Positions 38,429 through 47,927 of a DNA stretch of 64,000 nt are shown here, piece by piece. The position numbers were made by a program, and so were the translations under genes. Source of the DNA: Cyanobacteria bacterium J06626_6 (GTDB lineage: Bacteria; Cyanobacteriota; Cyanobacteriia; Phormidesmidales; Phormidesmidaceae); contig JBCBJS010000025.1 in the NCBI GenBank assembly GCA_038523095.1, positions 153-64,152 on the forward strand. The letters run 5' to 3'. Every line of letters starts with the position of its first letter. Positions within the stretch are counted from its first letter, which is position 1. Under the pieces are notes generated by a model. The model did no database searches and was not told where the DNA came from. It worked only from the letters and a program-made list of their open reading frames with translations.

Positions 38429-39121
38429 ATGCTAAGCGAAGCGACATCTTTGAGTCCTAGCGTCAAGTTTCAGGCTCCCCTACAAATCGCAATTATAGAG
38501 AATGACCCAGTCATGCGGCTGGGATTAGAACAGTTTTTAGAAGGGTACGACAGCTTTCAGGTAGTCGGCACCGCCAGAGATGGCAACTCAGCCGTTGCCC
38601 TAGCCCTCAGGCTGAAGCCTGATATCGTCGTTATGGATATCGGGCTGCCCCAGCTAGACGGCATCACCGCGACCCAACAAATTAAACAAAATCAGCCAAG
38701 TGTGCGCGTTGTAATGCTCACCTCCCATACCGCAGATTACGAGATGGTAGCGGCGTTGGCTAGCGGTGCCGATGCCTACTGCGTTAAAGGCAGTAGCTTA
38801 GAACAGCTAGAGATCGCTATCAACTGCGCCTACAGAGGGGCGACTTATTTAGATCCGCAAATTGCCCGCCGCGTCATTGGGCATCTGCAGTGCCATCAAA
38901 AGCAGGGATATCAGAAGCAAGCATCCGATATAAATCTATCGAAACGAGAGCGGGAGGTACTAGAGCTGATTGTAGAAGGTAAGAGCAATCCAGAGATTGC
39001 CTCTGAGCTTTTTTTGAGCATCAGCACAGTTAAGACCCATCTTCGCAGCATCATGAGCAAGCTCTCAGTCGATGATCGCGTGCAGGCCGCCGTGGCTGCT
39101 CTAAGAAGTGGCTTGATCTAA
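38429..39121 (+). CDS. NarL/LuxR-family DNA-binding response regulator
   Basis: Receiver PDIVVMDIGLP, LTS, YCVK; HTH LSKREREVLELIVEGKSNPEIA...STVKTHL. Confidence 0.93.
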   Translation: MLSEATSLSPSVKFQAPLQIAIIENDPVMRLGLEQFLEGYDSFQVVGTARDGNSAVALALRLKPDIVVMDIGLPQLDGITATQQIKQNQPSVRVVMLTSHTADYEMVAALASGADAYCVKGSSLEQLEIAINCAYRGATYLDPQIARRVIGHLQCHQKQGYQKQASDINLSKREREVLELIVEGKSNPEIASELFLSISTVKTHLRSIMSKLSVDDRVQAAVAALRSGLI

Positions 39122-39182
39122 AGAATGCGTTCCTAGCAAAAGCTGCTCTCTAACAAAAGCTAATCTCTAGCCCATAGATTAC

Positions 39183-40490
39183 ATGACGACTAGAAGATAT
39201 TTAGTCTGGTTTGGTGTTTTTGGATTGAGTGTTCTCCTAAGTCTTTGGCTGACAACCGGGCTCGGGTCCGTACAATCAGCCTCATCCGCGCAAACCGACC
39301 TATTTGATGCCGTGTGGGAAACGGTCAACGAAAACTTCTACGACGCCAACTTTAATGGTGTCGACTGGAGCGCTGCCAGGACGCAGTACCGGCAGCAAGT
39401 AGCCCAGGCCTCCACACAGCCGCAAAAGATCGACCTCATTAACCAGATGCTCTCTGAGTTAAACACTTCTCATACTCATCTTTTTACCGCCAATGAGCCC
39501 GCTTACTACCAGCTGCTGGGTATTTTCTATCCGCGATCGCAAGATCTACACTCTCAGCTCGAAGAGACTTTTCCAGAAGGCAAAATCGAATACACCGGCA
39601 TCGGCATTGTCATCCAACAAAAATCCAACAAAACCTTTGTAAAAGCCATCTTTGACGGTAGCCCAGCAGCTGCCACAGACCTTAAGGTCGGCGACGAGAT
39701 TCTCAGCATAGAAGGTCAACCGTTCAAGCACATCGAATCTTTTGCCGGAAAAGCCGACCAGTCAGTCAGCCTGCAGGTGCAGCCATCACTCAATCCTGCA
39801 AGTCAAACAGAGATTACGGTCACACCCAGAATATATGACGGTCTCACCATGTTTCTAGAAGCCATGGAAGAGAGCGTAGATATTGTAGAAAAGGCAGGAA
39901 AGCAGATTGGTTACGTTCATATTTGGTCCTATGCGGGCGACCAGTATCAGGACAGCTTAGAAGCAGCGCTAATGTTTGGCCGACTCAAGGATACCGACGC
40001 GCTGGTGCTAGATCTTAGAGAGGGCTGGGGCGGCGCGCCACCTACCGCGCTGCATATCTTTACCGCTGAAGGTCCCAGCGTGACAAATGTAGGACGCGAT
40101 CGCCCGCCTTTTACCTATCACAGCCAATGGAATAAGCCAGTTGTTCTACTTATCAATGAGGGCAGTCGCAGTGCCAAAGAGATTTTGGCTTATGGCTTTA
40201 AGCGATACAACATTGGACCAGTAGTAGGCACTACAACAGCTGGGGCTGTAACCGCCGGGCGCGCTTTTATCATGCCAGACAAGAGCCTGCTGTATGTTGC
40301 AGTAGGCGATGTGTATGTTGATGAGACCGTTCGCTTAGAGGGCATTGGAGTCACCCCCGATGTAGAAGTGCCCTTTCAGGTTGAATATGCCCAGGGCACC
40401 GACCCACAAAAAGAGCGCGCAATCGCGATCGCACTTCAAGCCCTCAATTCTGATGAAGCGCCAGATACCGAACCCAATATAGAGCGGTAG
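39183..40490 (+). CDS. Secreted S41 family peptidase with PDZ domain
   Basis: Signal peptide, SHTH, GIG, GSPAA...GDEILSI, VLDLREGWGG, SRSAKE, GTTTAGAV, GVTPDVEV. Confidence 0.9.
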   Translation: MTTRRYLVWFGVFGLSVLLSLWLTTGLGSVQSASSAQTDLFDAVWETVNENFYDANFNGVDWSAARTQYRQQVAQASTQPQKIDLINQMLSELNTSHTHLFTANEPAYYQLLGIFYPRSQDLHSQLEETFPEGKIEYTGIGIVIQQKSNKTFVKAIFDGSPAAATDLKVGDEILSIEGQPFKHIESFAGKADQSVSLQVQPSLNPASQTEITVTPRIYDGLTMFLEAMEESVDIVEKAGKQIGYVHIWSYAGDQYQDSLEAALMFGRLKDTDALVLDLREGWGGAPPTALHIFTAEGPSVTNVGRDRPPFTYHSQWNKPVVLLINEGSRSAKEILAYGFKRYNIGPVVGTTTAGAVTAGRAFIMPDKSLLYVAVGDVYVDETVRLEGIGVTPDVEVPFQVEYAQGTDPQKERAIAIALQALNSDEAPDTEPNIER

Positions 40491-40671
40491 GTTGAGCATC
40501 ACACCATTTCAAGCTCGAGTATTTCCCCATTCTTCACCGGTAGAGTCTGTGCCAACAGTAATGGGGGGTTCAGTTACCATAGAGTTTGCCATAGCGATCG
40601 CTTTTTCAAAGGGAAATAAATCTTGTCTAAAAGACAGCGCGTACAATAATCACTCAAAAAATGACCCCTCA

Positions 40672-40731
40672 AAGAATCTCTTGAAGAATCTCTTGAAGAA
40701 CCCCCTAAAAAACCGCCTAAAGAATCGAGCT
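40672..40731 (+). repeat. Tandem repeat, 12 bp x5, degenerate (AAGAATCTCTTG)
   Basis: Two exact and three decayed units. Confidence 0.75.
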
Positions 40732-40818
40732 ACTCAAAGGCTCAATTCAAAAAAAGCTTACTATAATTAAGCTGGAGCAACTGACCAACAAACTATTTTC
40801 TCAGACAAGGACTTTAGG

Positions 40819-41148
40819 ATGACTACACAAGAGGAAAACGAGACCGCAGAAAATGTCTCCGGCAGTACTGTTTTCGGTGATACTGTTGACACTAAAAATT
40901 TTACTGAGGCAGCTGTTTCAAATCACCGCACACTGGCTGATGTGGCCTATCAGTTTTGTCTAGGTGCCGCACTCGGATTAGTCGTAGCCGGAATTTCCCT
41001 AGCGATATCAATGCCAGACTTTCAGCGGTGGAATCTTCTCGCTTCTGTAGCAGTTGTTTTGGTGAGTGGCCTTCTATCTGCGAGCTTCGGTAAGCACTTT
41101 CTCAGCAGACTCATAAGCTTTATAGAATCGTTTCCGCCAATAGCCTAA
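40819..41148 (+). CDS. Hypothetical 2-TM membrane protein
   Basis: TATAAT at 40762 and an AGGA RBS upstream; two hydrophobic helices. Confidence 0.7.
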   Translation: MTTQEENETAENVSGSTVFGDTVDTKNFTEAAVSNHRTLADVAYQFCLGAALGLVVAGISLAISMPDFQRWNLLASVAVVLVSGLLSASFGKHFLSRLISFIESFPPIA

Positions 41149-41512
41149 AGCGGAATATCTTCTTCTTAATTGTCCGGAGTGCTTTTGCACAGTCACAAAG
41201 AGCATAGCCATCAGGAGCACGACCGTCGAGCGCAATGGCTGCCAAGCATTTTATTGACTTTAGAAAAATGGCCAGCGACTTTACATCATTTAGCCTAGAG
41301 GCGCTAAAGGGGTTAGACAATATACCCAAAGCTACACTCACCCATTACCAAGACAGCAAAAAAGGAGGTAAGGCACCTCTGCTTTTTCACCGCATACCTC
41401 ATATTCACTACCAAGGTAGCCTGTCGTCAAACGAGATGACCCTAGTCACGACACGGCCACTTTCTCAAACGCGCTCTTTCAAACACGACTTGCTACCAAG
41501 CAACAGCCAACT

Positions 41513-42853
41513 ATGAACGGACAAACACGCTTTCGAAGCGTAGCCATGCCTGCTGGAGGTGGCAATACAGACATTGCAGAGATAACTTCTTTACTCAGTG
41601 CCTCCCTGCTCGAAAGCAAGGCATCCACTATCCAAAAGGTGCAGACGCTGTTCGGCGGCAACCTGCCAGAAGATGTGTCGTTCCAGCCTGCTGAAGTTGA
41701 GGCACCAGCACTCGCAGACATGGCTTTTTTTACCAGCTACGACGAAGGCTACTGCGGTCACTTTTCAATTCCCCAGGGCAAAGGGGCAGCAGCCGCTTTT
41801 GATCAGGTAATGACGCAACCTGACCCGCTGCAGTTTATCAAAAACAACTTGAATTTTGGAGCCCGAGACAACGGCGAATGGATTCTCTTCATGCCAGGGC
41901 TCAATACGCTACACAAGGTTAAGCCAGGGTGGGAGCAGGAGACAACGACACCTCAGCGGCTCAGAGAACAATACCAGCCGGTTTTGGGCATGCAGATGGC
42001 CCAGATGCATTTAGGTACGGACATGGATCAAGGCGAGGCCGTGGTGCCAATAACCAGCGAGGCTCAGGCATTTTTAGAAAGTCAGCGATCGCAGCTAGAC
42101 GCCGCAGACATTATGCCCAGGTTCGAGGAATCACAAGCCATCTTTAATGCTCGGCAGCGCGATCGCATCGAAGCTATTCTCTCCCAATACGGCTTTGCCC
42201 GTCCGCTCTTTCGAGAGCACATGGTGCGCCTGCTCACCGCCAACGAGACCGCCCAGCGACCCATGGTGTGTCTCGCCTACAGCCGCGCATCAACAGAGAT
42301 CTGTCAGGCACTGCACGATTACATCGCAGCGGCGATGCAGCAACGCGGCGAAATTAACAAAGCTGAAATAGAGCGCTTTCTGCACGACCACCTCACCGTC
42401 CTAACCATTGGCAACGCCATTCGAACCTGGCCCGATGGGCCTGCCTATATTCACTACTCAGCCCAGAGCGATCGCCCAGAAGGCGGCACCGACCCGCTGA
42501 CAAGTCAACTAGGCGTCCATGCTAGCGCCCCAGCTGGCGCAGGGCAAGACGCCGTTTTTCTCCACGCAGACGGTATCTTCTCAGGTTTCGACGCACACAA
42601 CTTTGGCGCTGTCGGCGCTGCAACGCTAAAGCTCATCATGGATATGAATGGAGCGACACAATATCGCACCCTCTGGGAAAGAGGGCGCTTAGAAAGCTTA
42701 AACATTCCAAGCTACGAACAGATTGCCGCCAAAATTGTTTTAACCAACGGGCAAAAGTGGATTTGGAAGAATGAAACGGCTTGGAAAGGTGTTCAGCTCC
42801 CCTACGAAGAAGATGCCCAGCAGTTACTCTCAAACCTGCCCAAATTCAGCTGA
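41513..42853 (+). CDS. Hypothetical protein, possible alpha/beta-hydrolase fold
   Basis: 446 aa; LFMPGLNT, CLAYSRAS, LTIGNA, DPL and H segments in hydrolase order. Confidence 0.7.
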   Translation: MNGQTRFRSVAMPAGGGNTDIAEITSLLSASLLESKASTIQKVQTLFGGNLPEDVSFQPAEVEAPALADMAFFTSYDEGYCGHFSIPQGKGAAAAFDQVMTQPDPLQFIKNNLNFGARDNGEWILFMPGLNTLHKVKPGWEQETTTPQRLREQYQPVLGMQMAQMHLGTDMDQGEAVVPITSEAQAFLESQRSQLDAADIMPRFEESQAIFNARQRDRIEAILSQYGFARPLFREHMVRLLTANETAQRPMVCLAYSRASTEICQALHDYIAAAMQQRGEINKAEIERFLHDHLTVLTIGNAIRTWPDGPAYIHYSAQSDRPEGGTDPLTSQLGVHASAPAGAGQDAVFLHADGIFSGFDAHNFGAVGAATLKLIMDMNGATQYRTLWERGRLESLNIPSYEQIAAKIVLTNGQKWIWKNETAWKGVQLPYEEDAQQLLSNLPKFS

Positions 42854-43217
42854 TAGAATTTTCTCTTTGAACGTCCTCCCTCTCACTTTCAATATCTTTT
42901 TCCTAGCATCTTTCTGCGTTATTTCAGTACCCAGCTCAACCATCATCACAGTCCTTTCAAGACAGCCTAGACAAGAGCCCACCAGTGATACAAACAGCTT
43001 ATTTTCACAATTTACAATTCATATAGCTTAGCCCTGTTGCCATCTAGAAACTTCAGACATGATGAAAGAACAGAGAGCAATCATCAGAGGTCAGAATGCT
43101 TCAATCACTCGCTGGGCCTGGGCCTCCTGATCAACGTTTCAGCTCAATTTTTCAGACCAACGTTTCAAAGGCATCCGTCGCAAGAGAGTCCATCCGCGCA
43201 AGAGGCAACAAATTCTA

Positions 43218-43499
43218 ATGTACGACCTAAAAGAGAGAGCGGTACAGACCAAAGAAGGCTGGTCTATTCATGTTTACAACAGCAATCGTCACTTGCTCTG
43301 CGCCATAGGCCCATCCCACGGATGGGCTTTTGGTCTTGGCACATTGGTAGGAGGGCTTGTCCTGATTATATTTTCAAATCTACCCTGGTCAAATAGCACA
43401 GGCATGCCCGCAACCGTAACACCGACTGGCCAGACCCTTCCTTCACCCAAAAGCCTAGATAGCACTTCGCCCCAGCCCTCTATATTCTGGTTCGAGTAG
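43218..43499 (+). CDS. Small single-TM hypothetical protein
   Basis: 93 aa, one hydrophobic helix, Pro/Ser-rich tail. Confidence 0.6.
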   Translation: MYDLKERAVQTKEGWSIHVYNSNRHLLCAIGPSHGWAFGLGTLVGGLVLIIFSNLPWSNSTGMPATVTPTGQTLPSPKSLDSTSPQPSIFWFE

Positions 43500-43604
43500 G
43501 CCTAAATACACCCTTGCCGGTTGTTCAGATGTGCTGGTAGAGCTTTTTTGCCGCTCCAAGAGCATGACTCAATTGAGTTGGAAGCAGTCCTGATACGCTC
43601 TTAT

Positions 43605-45080
43605 CTAGTGCGTTCTTATATGGTTGTAAACTCCCTCATACTGGTCACCTGGCTTCTTCCAGGAATAATCACAGCGCATTCCTTGCTTTGCCAGAGTCTC
43701 AAATAGTCTGGGTTCTTTGTGGTACAAATTCAAAGCCCGACCCAGAGCAGACTCTAACGCATAGCTATCATTCTCATAGAATACAAAGCCGTTACGCGCT
43801 TCCCGTCCGTGCGACTCATCGTAGTCCCAGTCGAAAATTGTATTTACCAGACCGCCCACGCCGCGCACTACCGGCACCGTGCCATACTTCAAGCTAATAA
43901 TCTGCGTCAGTCCGCAAGGCTCATAATTACTCGGCACAATCATGATATCCGCCGCCGCGTAAATCAGATGAGCGAGCTCTTCATTAAATCCAATCTCTAA
44001 ATGGCAGTCCGGATTCTCATTTAAGTGCTGCTTCTCATGCCAGAACCAGTCATTAATTCCCGACTCAGAGGCAGACCCTAGCAGCACAAATTGCGCGTCG
44101 TTAGCCAGCGCATAGTACAGTCCGTGGTGGACCTGATGCACCCCTTTCTGCTGGTCTAGCCGGCCAATAAACGCCACAATTGGCTTATCGTTTGCCGCCA
44201 GCAGCAGCCGCTCCCGTAGCGCCTTCTTGTTCAGATGCTTATTTTCAAAATCCCCAGTCGCATAGTTTGCCGGAATATGCGTATCTACTTCCGGATTCCA
44301 AATGTCGTAGGTAATACCGTTTAGAATGCCGCCAAACTTGTTTTGGTGAATCTCCAGCGTCGGCTGCAATCCGCAGCCAATGTCACTAAACCGCGCCTCC
44401 CAAGCATGGTGTGGCGACACCGTATTCACATAGTTTGAATACACAATACCGCCTTTCATAATGTTGATCGCGCCGGGGCTGTGGTTGTCGCCCATGCGCT
44501 CGATACTTTCGTAATAAGCGTCCCGGTTCAGACCCGTCGCCCACATAAGCTCGGCGCCCCAAACCCCTTGGTGCTTAAAGTTGTGAATGGTATAGCACAC
44601 GCGCTGACTTGACATACCGTGATGCGCATACATCTCGTATAGCATCACCGGTACCAGCCCTGTCTGCCAGTCGTGGCAGTGAATCACATCCGGTCGCTTA
44701 CCACTTTTCAGCAAAAACTCCAGCGCCGCCTTGCTAAAAAACGCAAACCGAAAATGGTCATCCAGCTCACCGTAGTATCGGCCCCGATTGAAAAAGTTGT
44801 CACCAGAATGCGGCTCGATAAAAAAGCACAGCTGACCGTGCACCCACCCACAATCAACCGAACAGTGAACCACTCCGTCGTACCAGGGTACGTACAGATC
44901 GTTGTACGCCCGGTGCATACCCCAGACGTGGTCATAGCGCATGCAATCGTACTTCGGGAGAACCAGTTCCACACAGTGGCCCCGGCTGTCTATCTCACGG
45001 CTCAAACCGTAGACCACATCACCCAAGCCCCCCGCCTTAATCACAGGCGCACACTCAGAGGCAATTTGCACGATATACAT
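43605..45080 (-). CDS. glgA: Glycogen synthase (GT5)
   Basis: MYIVQIASECAPVIKAGGLGDV, IHCHDWQTG, IGRLDQQKG, PSNYEPCGLTQ. Confidence 0.96.
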   Translation of the reverse strand: MYIVQIASECAPVIKAGGLGDVVYGLSREIDSRGHCVELVLPKYDCMRYDHVWGMHRAYNDLYVPWYDGVVHCSVDCGWVHGQLCFFIEPHSGDNFFNRGRYYGELDDHFRFAFFSKAALEFLLKSGKRPDVIHCHDWQTGLVPVMLYEMYAHHGMSSQRVCYTIHNFKHQGVWGAELMWATGLNRDAYYESIERMGDNHSPGAINIMKGGIVYSNYVNTVSPHHAWEARFSDIGCGLQPTLEIHQNKFGGILNGITYDIWNPEVDTHIPANYATGDFENKHLNKKALRERLLLAANDKPIVAFIGRLDQQKGVHQVHHGLYYALANDAQFVLLGSASESGINDWFWHEKQHLNENPDCHLEIGFNEELAHLIYAAADIMIVPSNYEPCGLTQIISLKYGTVPVVRGVGGLVNTIFDWDYDESHGREARNGFVFYENDSYALESALGRALNLYHKEPRLFETLAKQGMRCDYSWKKPGDQYEGVYNHIRTH

Positions 45081-45326
45081 AGGCGTCCCCAAGGTATTTG
45101 TAAAGAAAATTTATGTTTATAAGTTTATTCAAGCAGAAATGCGGCAGAATTTCGACCCAGTCAGGTGCAGTGATTTGTCAATGCTTTCAGGCGACGCTTT
45201 CACTTGATAAAAAGCGCAATTCCCCGTCACGTTACTTATCACAGACTTATTACAGCTTTAGCTCCCGCCGGAGGAAATTGCATTATTATCTGACAGATCT
45301 CGGTCTATCAAAGGAACTGTCCAAAT

Positions 45327-46838
45327 ATGATCGCAAGCGCGCCAACCAAGTCCCAAAATCCACAGGAACCGAATCTAAATGATATGCGTTCGGGCCTCCC
45401 TAATATCTGCGGCTGGGAAGACGCCATTACAGCCGTCACAAGCCACAGTGACCCCGTTTTCTTGCCCGATACCAATTTAGACATCAATAAGATTACAGCT
45501 GGGTTTGCTTGCGCCCTCCACATGCACCAGCCCACCATCCCCGCTGGTGAAAACGGCGAGCCCATCAGCAACCTCCAGCACATGTTCGAGCATCAGGGCG
45601 ACGGAGACAACCACAACGCCTCCGTTTTTGCCTGGTGCTACAAGCGTATGGGCGAATGGATTCCCGAACTCGTCGCCAAAGGCGAAAATCCCCGCATCAT
45701 GCTCGACTACTCTGGAAACCTCTTTTGGGCTTTTCGCCAAATGGGTCGTGAAGACATCATCACTGACCTGAAAAGACTGTGCGAGCCCCAGTACCAGCCC
45801 TATATTGAGTGGATGGGGACCATGTGGAGCCATGCCGTAGTGCCTTCTACCCCCATTCCCGATATCAAGCTGCATATCCAGGCATGGCAACATCACTTTG
45901 CTGCCATGTTTGGCTTCGACGCACTCAAGCGGGTCAAGGGCTTCTCCCCCCCCGAAATGCACCTACCCAACAACCCCGACACCCTGTTTGAATACATCAA
46001 AGCCCTTAAGGACTGTGGCTACCGTTGGCTGCTCGTCCAGGAAGACTCCGTAGAGCGCCTCGATGGCTCCCGCCTCTACCATGACGACAAATACATTCCC
46101 AACCAGCTCGTCGCTCGCAACTCCCGCGGCGAAACCGTCAGTATCACCGCCTTGATTAAGACCCAGGGCTCCGACACCAAGCTCGTTGCCCAAATGCAGC
46201 CCTATCACGAAGCGGTTAGCCGCGATCGCCAAGAAATTGGTGGTGTATCTGTCCCCTGCTGCGTCTCCCAAATCGCCGATGGTGAAAACGGCGGCGTCAT
46301 GATGAATGAGTACGGACGGGACTTTGTTCCCTTCTGGGGTGGGATTAAAGATAACGGTCGTAGCATAGAGGGCGTCGTTGGTCTAAACGGCACTGAATAT
46401 ATCGAAATGATCGAAGCCGCTGGCGTCCATCCGGACGACTATCCTAAGTGCCAGGCCGTTAGCCAGCACAAAATTTGGCAAAAGATCGATCCCGCTAGCG
46501 CGACTCCCGAAGCGTTAGCCAAGGCGATTGACGAGCTAAAGGCCACCGATCATCAGTTCCATATGGACGGTGCCTCTTGGACCAACGATCTCAGCTGGGT
46601 CAACGGCTACGAGAACGTCCTCGGACCCATGAACCAGCTCAGCGCTGGCTTCCACCAAAAGTACGACCGCTTAGTCCAGGCCGACCCTCAGACCACTCAG
46701 CGTGAAGACTATCAAGAGGCGCTGCTGTACCTTCTCCTAGTCGAAACCAGCTGCTTCCGCTACTGGGGACAGGGCACCTGGACAGACTACGCGCAGGAAC
46801 TCTATCGCCGAGGCGAAGCCGCTTTGCAAAAGGGATAG
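45327..46838 (+). CDS. Glycoside hydrolase family 57 protein
   Basis: LHMHQP, GFSPPEMH (nucleophile), IADGENGG (acid/base), ETSCFRYWG. Confidence 0.9.
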   Translation: MIASAPTKSQNPQEPNLNDMRSGLPNICGWEDAITAVTSHSDPVFLPDTNLDINKITAGFACALHMHQPTIPAGENGEPISNLQHMFEHQGDGDNHNASVFAWCYKRMGEWIPELVAKGENPRIMLDYSGNLFWAFRQMGREDIITDLKRLCEPQYQPYIEWMGTMWSHAVVPSTPIPDIKLHIQAWQHHFAAMFGFDALKRVKGFSPPEMHLPNNPDTLFEYIKALKDCGYRWLLVQEDSVERLDGSRLYHDDKYIPNQLVARNSRGETVSITALIKTQGSDTKLVAQMQPYHEAVSRDRQEIGGVSVPCCVSQIADGENGGVMMNEYGRDFVPFWGGIKDNGRSIEGVVGLNGTEYIEMIEAAGVHPDDYPKCQAVSQHKIWQKIDPASATPEALAKAIDELKATDHQFHMDGASWTNDLSWVNGYENVLGPMNQLSAGFHQKYDRLVQADPQTTQREDYQEALLYLLLVETSCFRYWGQGTWTDYAQELYRRGEAALQKG

Positions 46839-46852
46839 ATTTTTGCCCCTGG

Positions 46853-46878
46853 GTCTTACTGGAAGCCTCCAGTAAGAC
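46853..46878. terminator. Stem-loop between convergent GH57 and Rpn genes
   Basis: GTCTTACTGGA / TCCAGTAAGAC 11-bp stem with a 4-nt loop. Confidence 0.6.
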
Positions 46879-46974
46879 TCTCCATAAGTGAATGACCCTA
46901 AGTGAGTGCATGAAACTCACACAATTGCGCCAACTATTTTTACTCACGATCTACCTGCAGCAAAACGAGGAAAG

Positions 46975-47847
46975 CTACACAATCCGGGGGGCAATCCACT
47001 GGTCTAAATCATTCAACGTCTCAAATTCGTTGAGCGCAAGTCCCAAAGCAGGGATCTCAGCAATCGGAAGCTGCTTGACCTTTGCAGATAGGTCCTCAGA
47101 TAAGTTTCCCAGCCTAAGTGACAGCATCTGGAGCACTATTAGGTGTGCACCTTCCTGGCGACCTTCCTGACGACCTTCCTGACGACCTTCTTGGCGACCT
47201 TCCTGGCGACCTTTCTGGCGACCTTCTTCGATAATGGCCTGATAGGTTACTGAATCTTGCATAAGCTCTATCCTCAGGATTTGCCTAACTATCCCTTTGT
47301 CTAATATTAGCCCAGCTAGAATATCCGCAGAAGCAGTGAGGTTCTGCTGAGTATCTACATCTTCTACCTGCTCAATCCTAGTAGCCACTTCGCTGAGAAC
47401 AGCAGCGCTGTCCTGTGCATCGGCTAGGACTGCTAGCGGCAACAATCCAGGACTGGCAAAGAAAGCGGACGGCGGCTGCTCCCACAGCCGGATAACATCG
47501 AATTCGTGGCGAGTGCGCGGTAGCTCGAAAATATCGCGAAAGACCTCGGAGGATTGACTAGGCTTGAGATATATGACTATTTGACGGAGCCGCCTGTTTG
47601 GGTAACGACGATGAATCCGCAGACAGTAGTCCAACATGCGAAAGGGAATGTTGGAGTCGGGCCGGGTTTGGAATTCTAGATGGAGGATAGTGTTCTCTGA
47701 CTGTAGCAACAGAGAATCTGCTCTGATGGGTTCGAGGGAAAGTTCAGTAGGGCTAAGTTCAATCAACGGAGTTGGCTCACCCAATAGCTAAGCAGCAAAG
47801 TCGGCAGGATATTGTTCTACTAGCAGCTTACAGATATTGTCGTACAT
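46975..47847 (-). pseudogene. Rpn-family recombination-promoting nuclease/putative transposase (DUF4351 tail) with nonsense codon 20
   Basis: ATG 47847: MYDNICKLLVEQYPADFAA*LLGEP, TAG at 47790-47788 where W is expected; IRADSL, HLEFQT, RMLDY; GRQE repeats at 47152-47223. Confidence 0.85.
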
Positions 47848-47927
47848 ATTGTGAAAGTCAGCATTCTGCTTAGGCTAGCATCGCAATGAGAATTTTAATA
47901 CTAGAAGCAGAATAAGAATAAAGACTA

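Noticed and set aside
40492-40770. 92-aa ORF with KNLL repeats
   Set aside because: TTG start without RBS; the repeat is explained by the 12-bp DNA tandem in a promoter region.
46975-47847. Rpn gene as an active insertion sequence
   Set aside because: No terminal inverted repeats or target duplication seen; Rpn proteins are not typical IS transposases and this copy has a stop codon.
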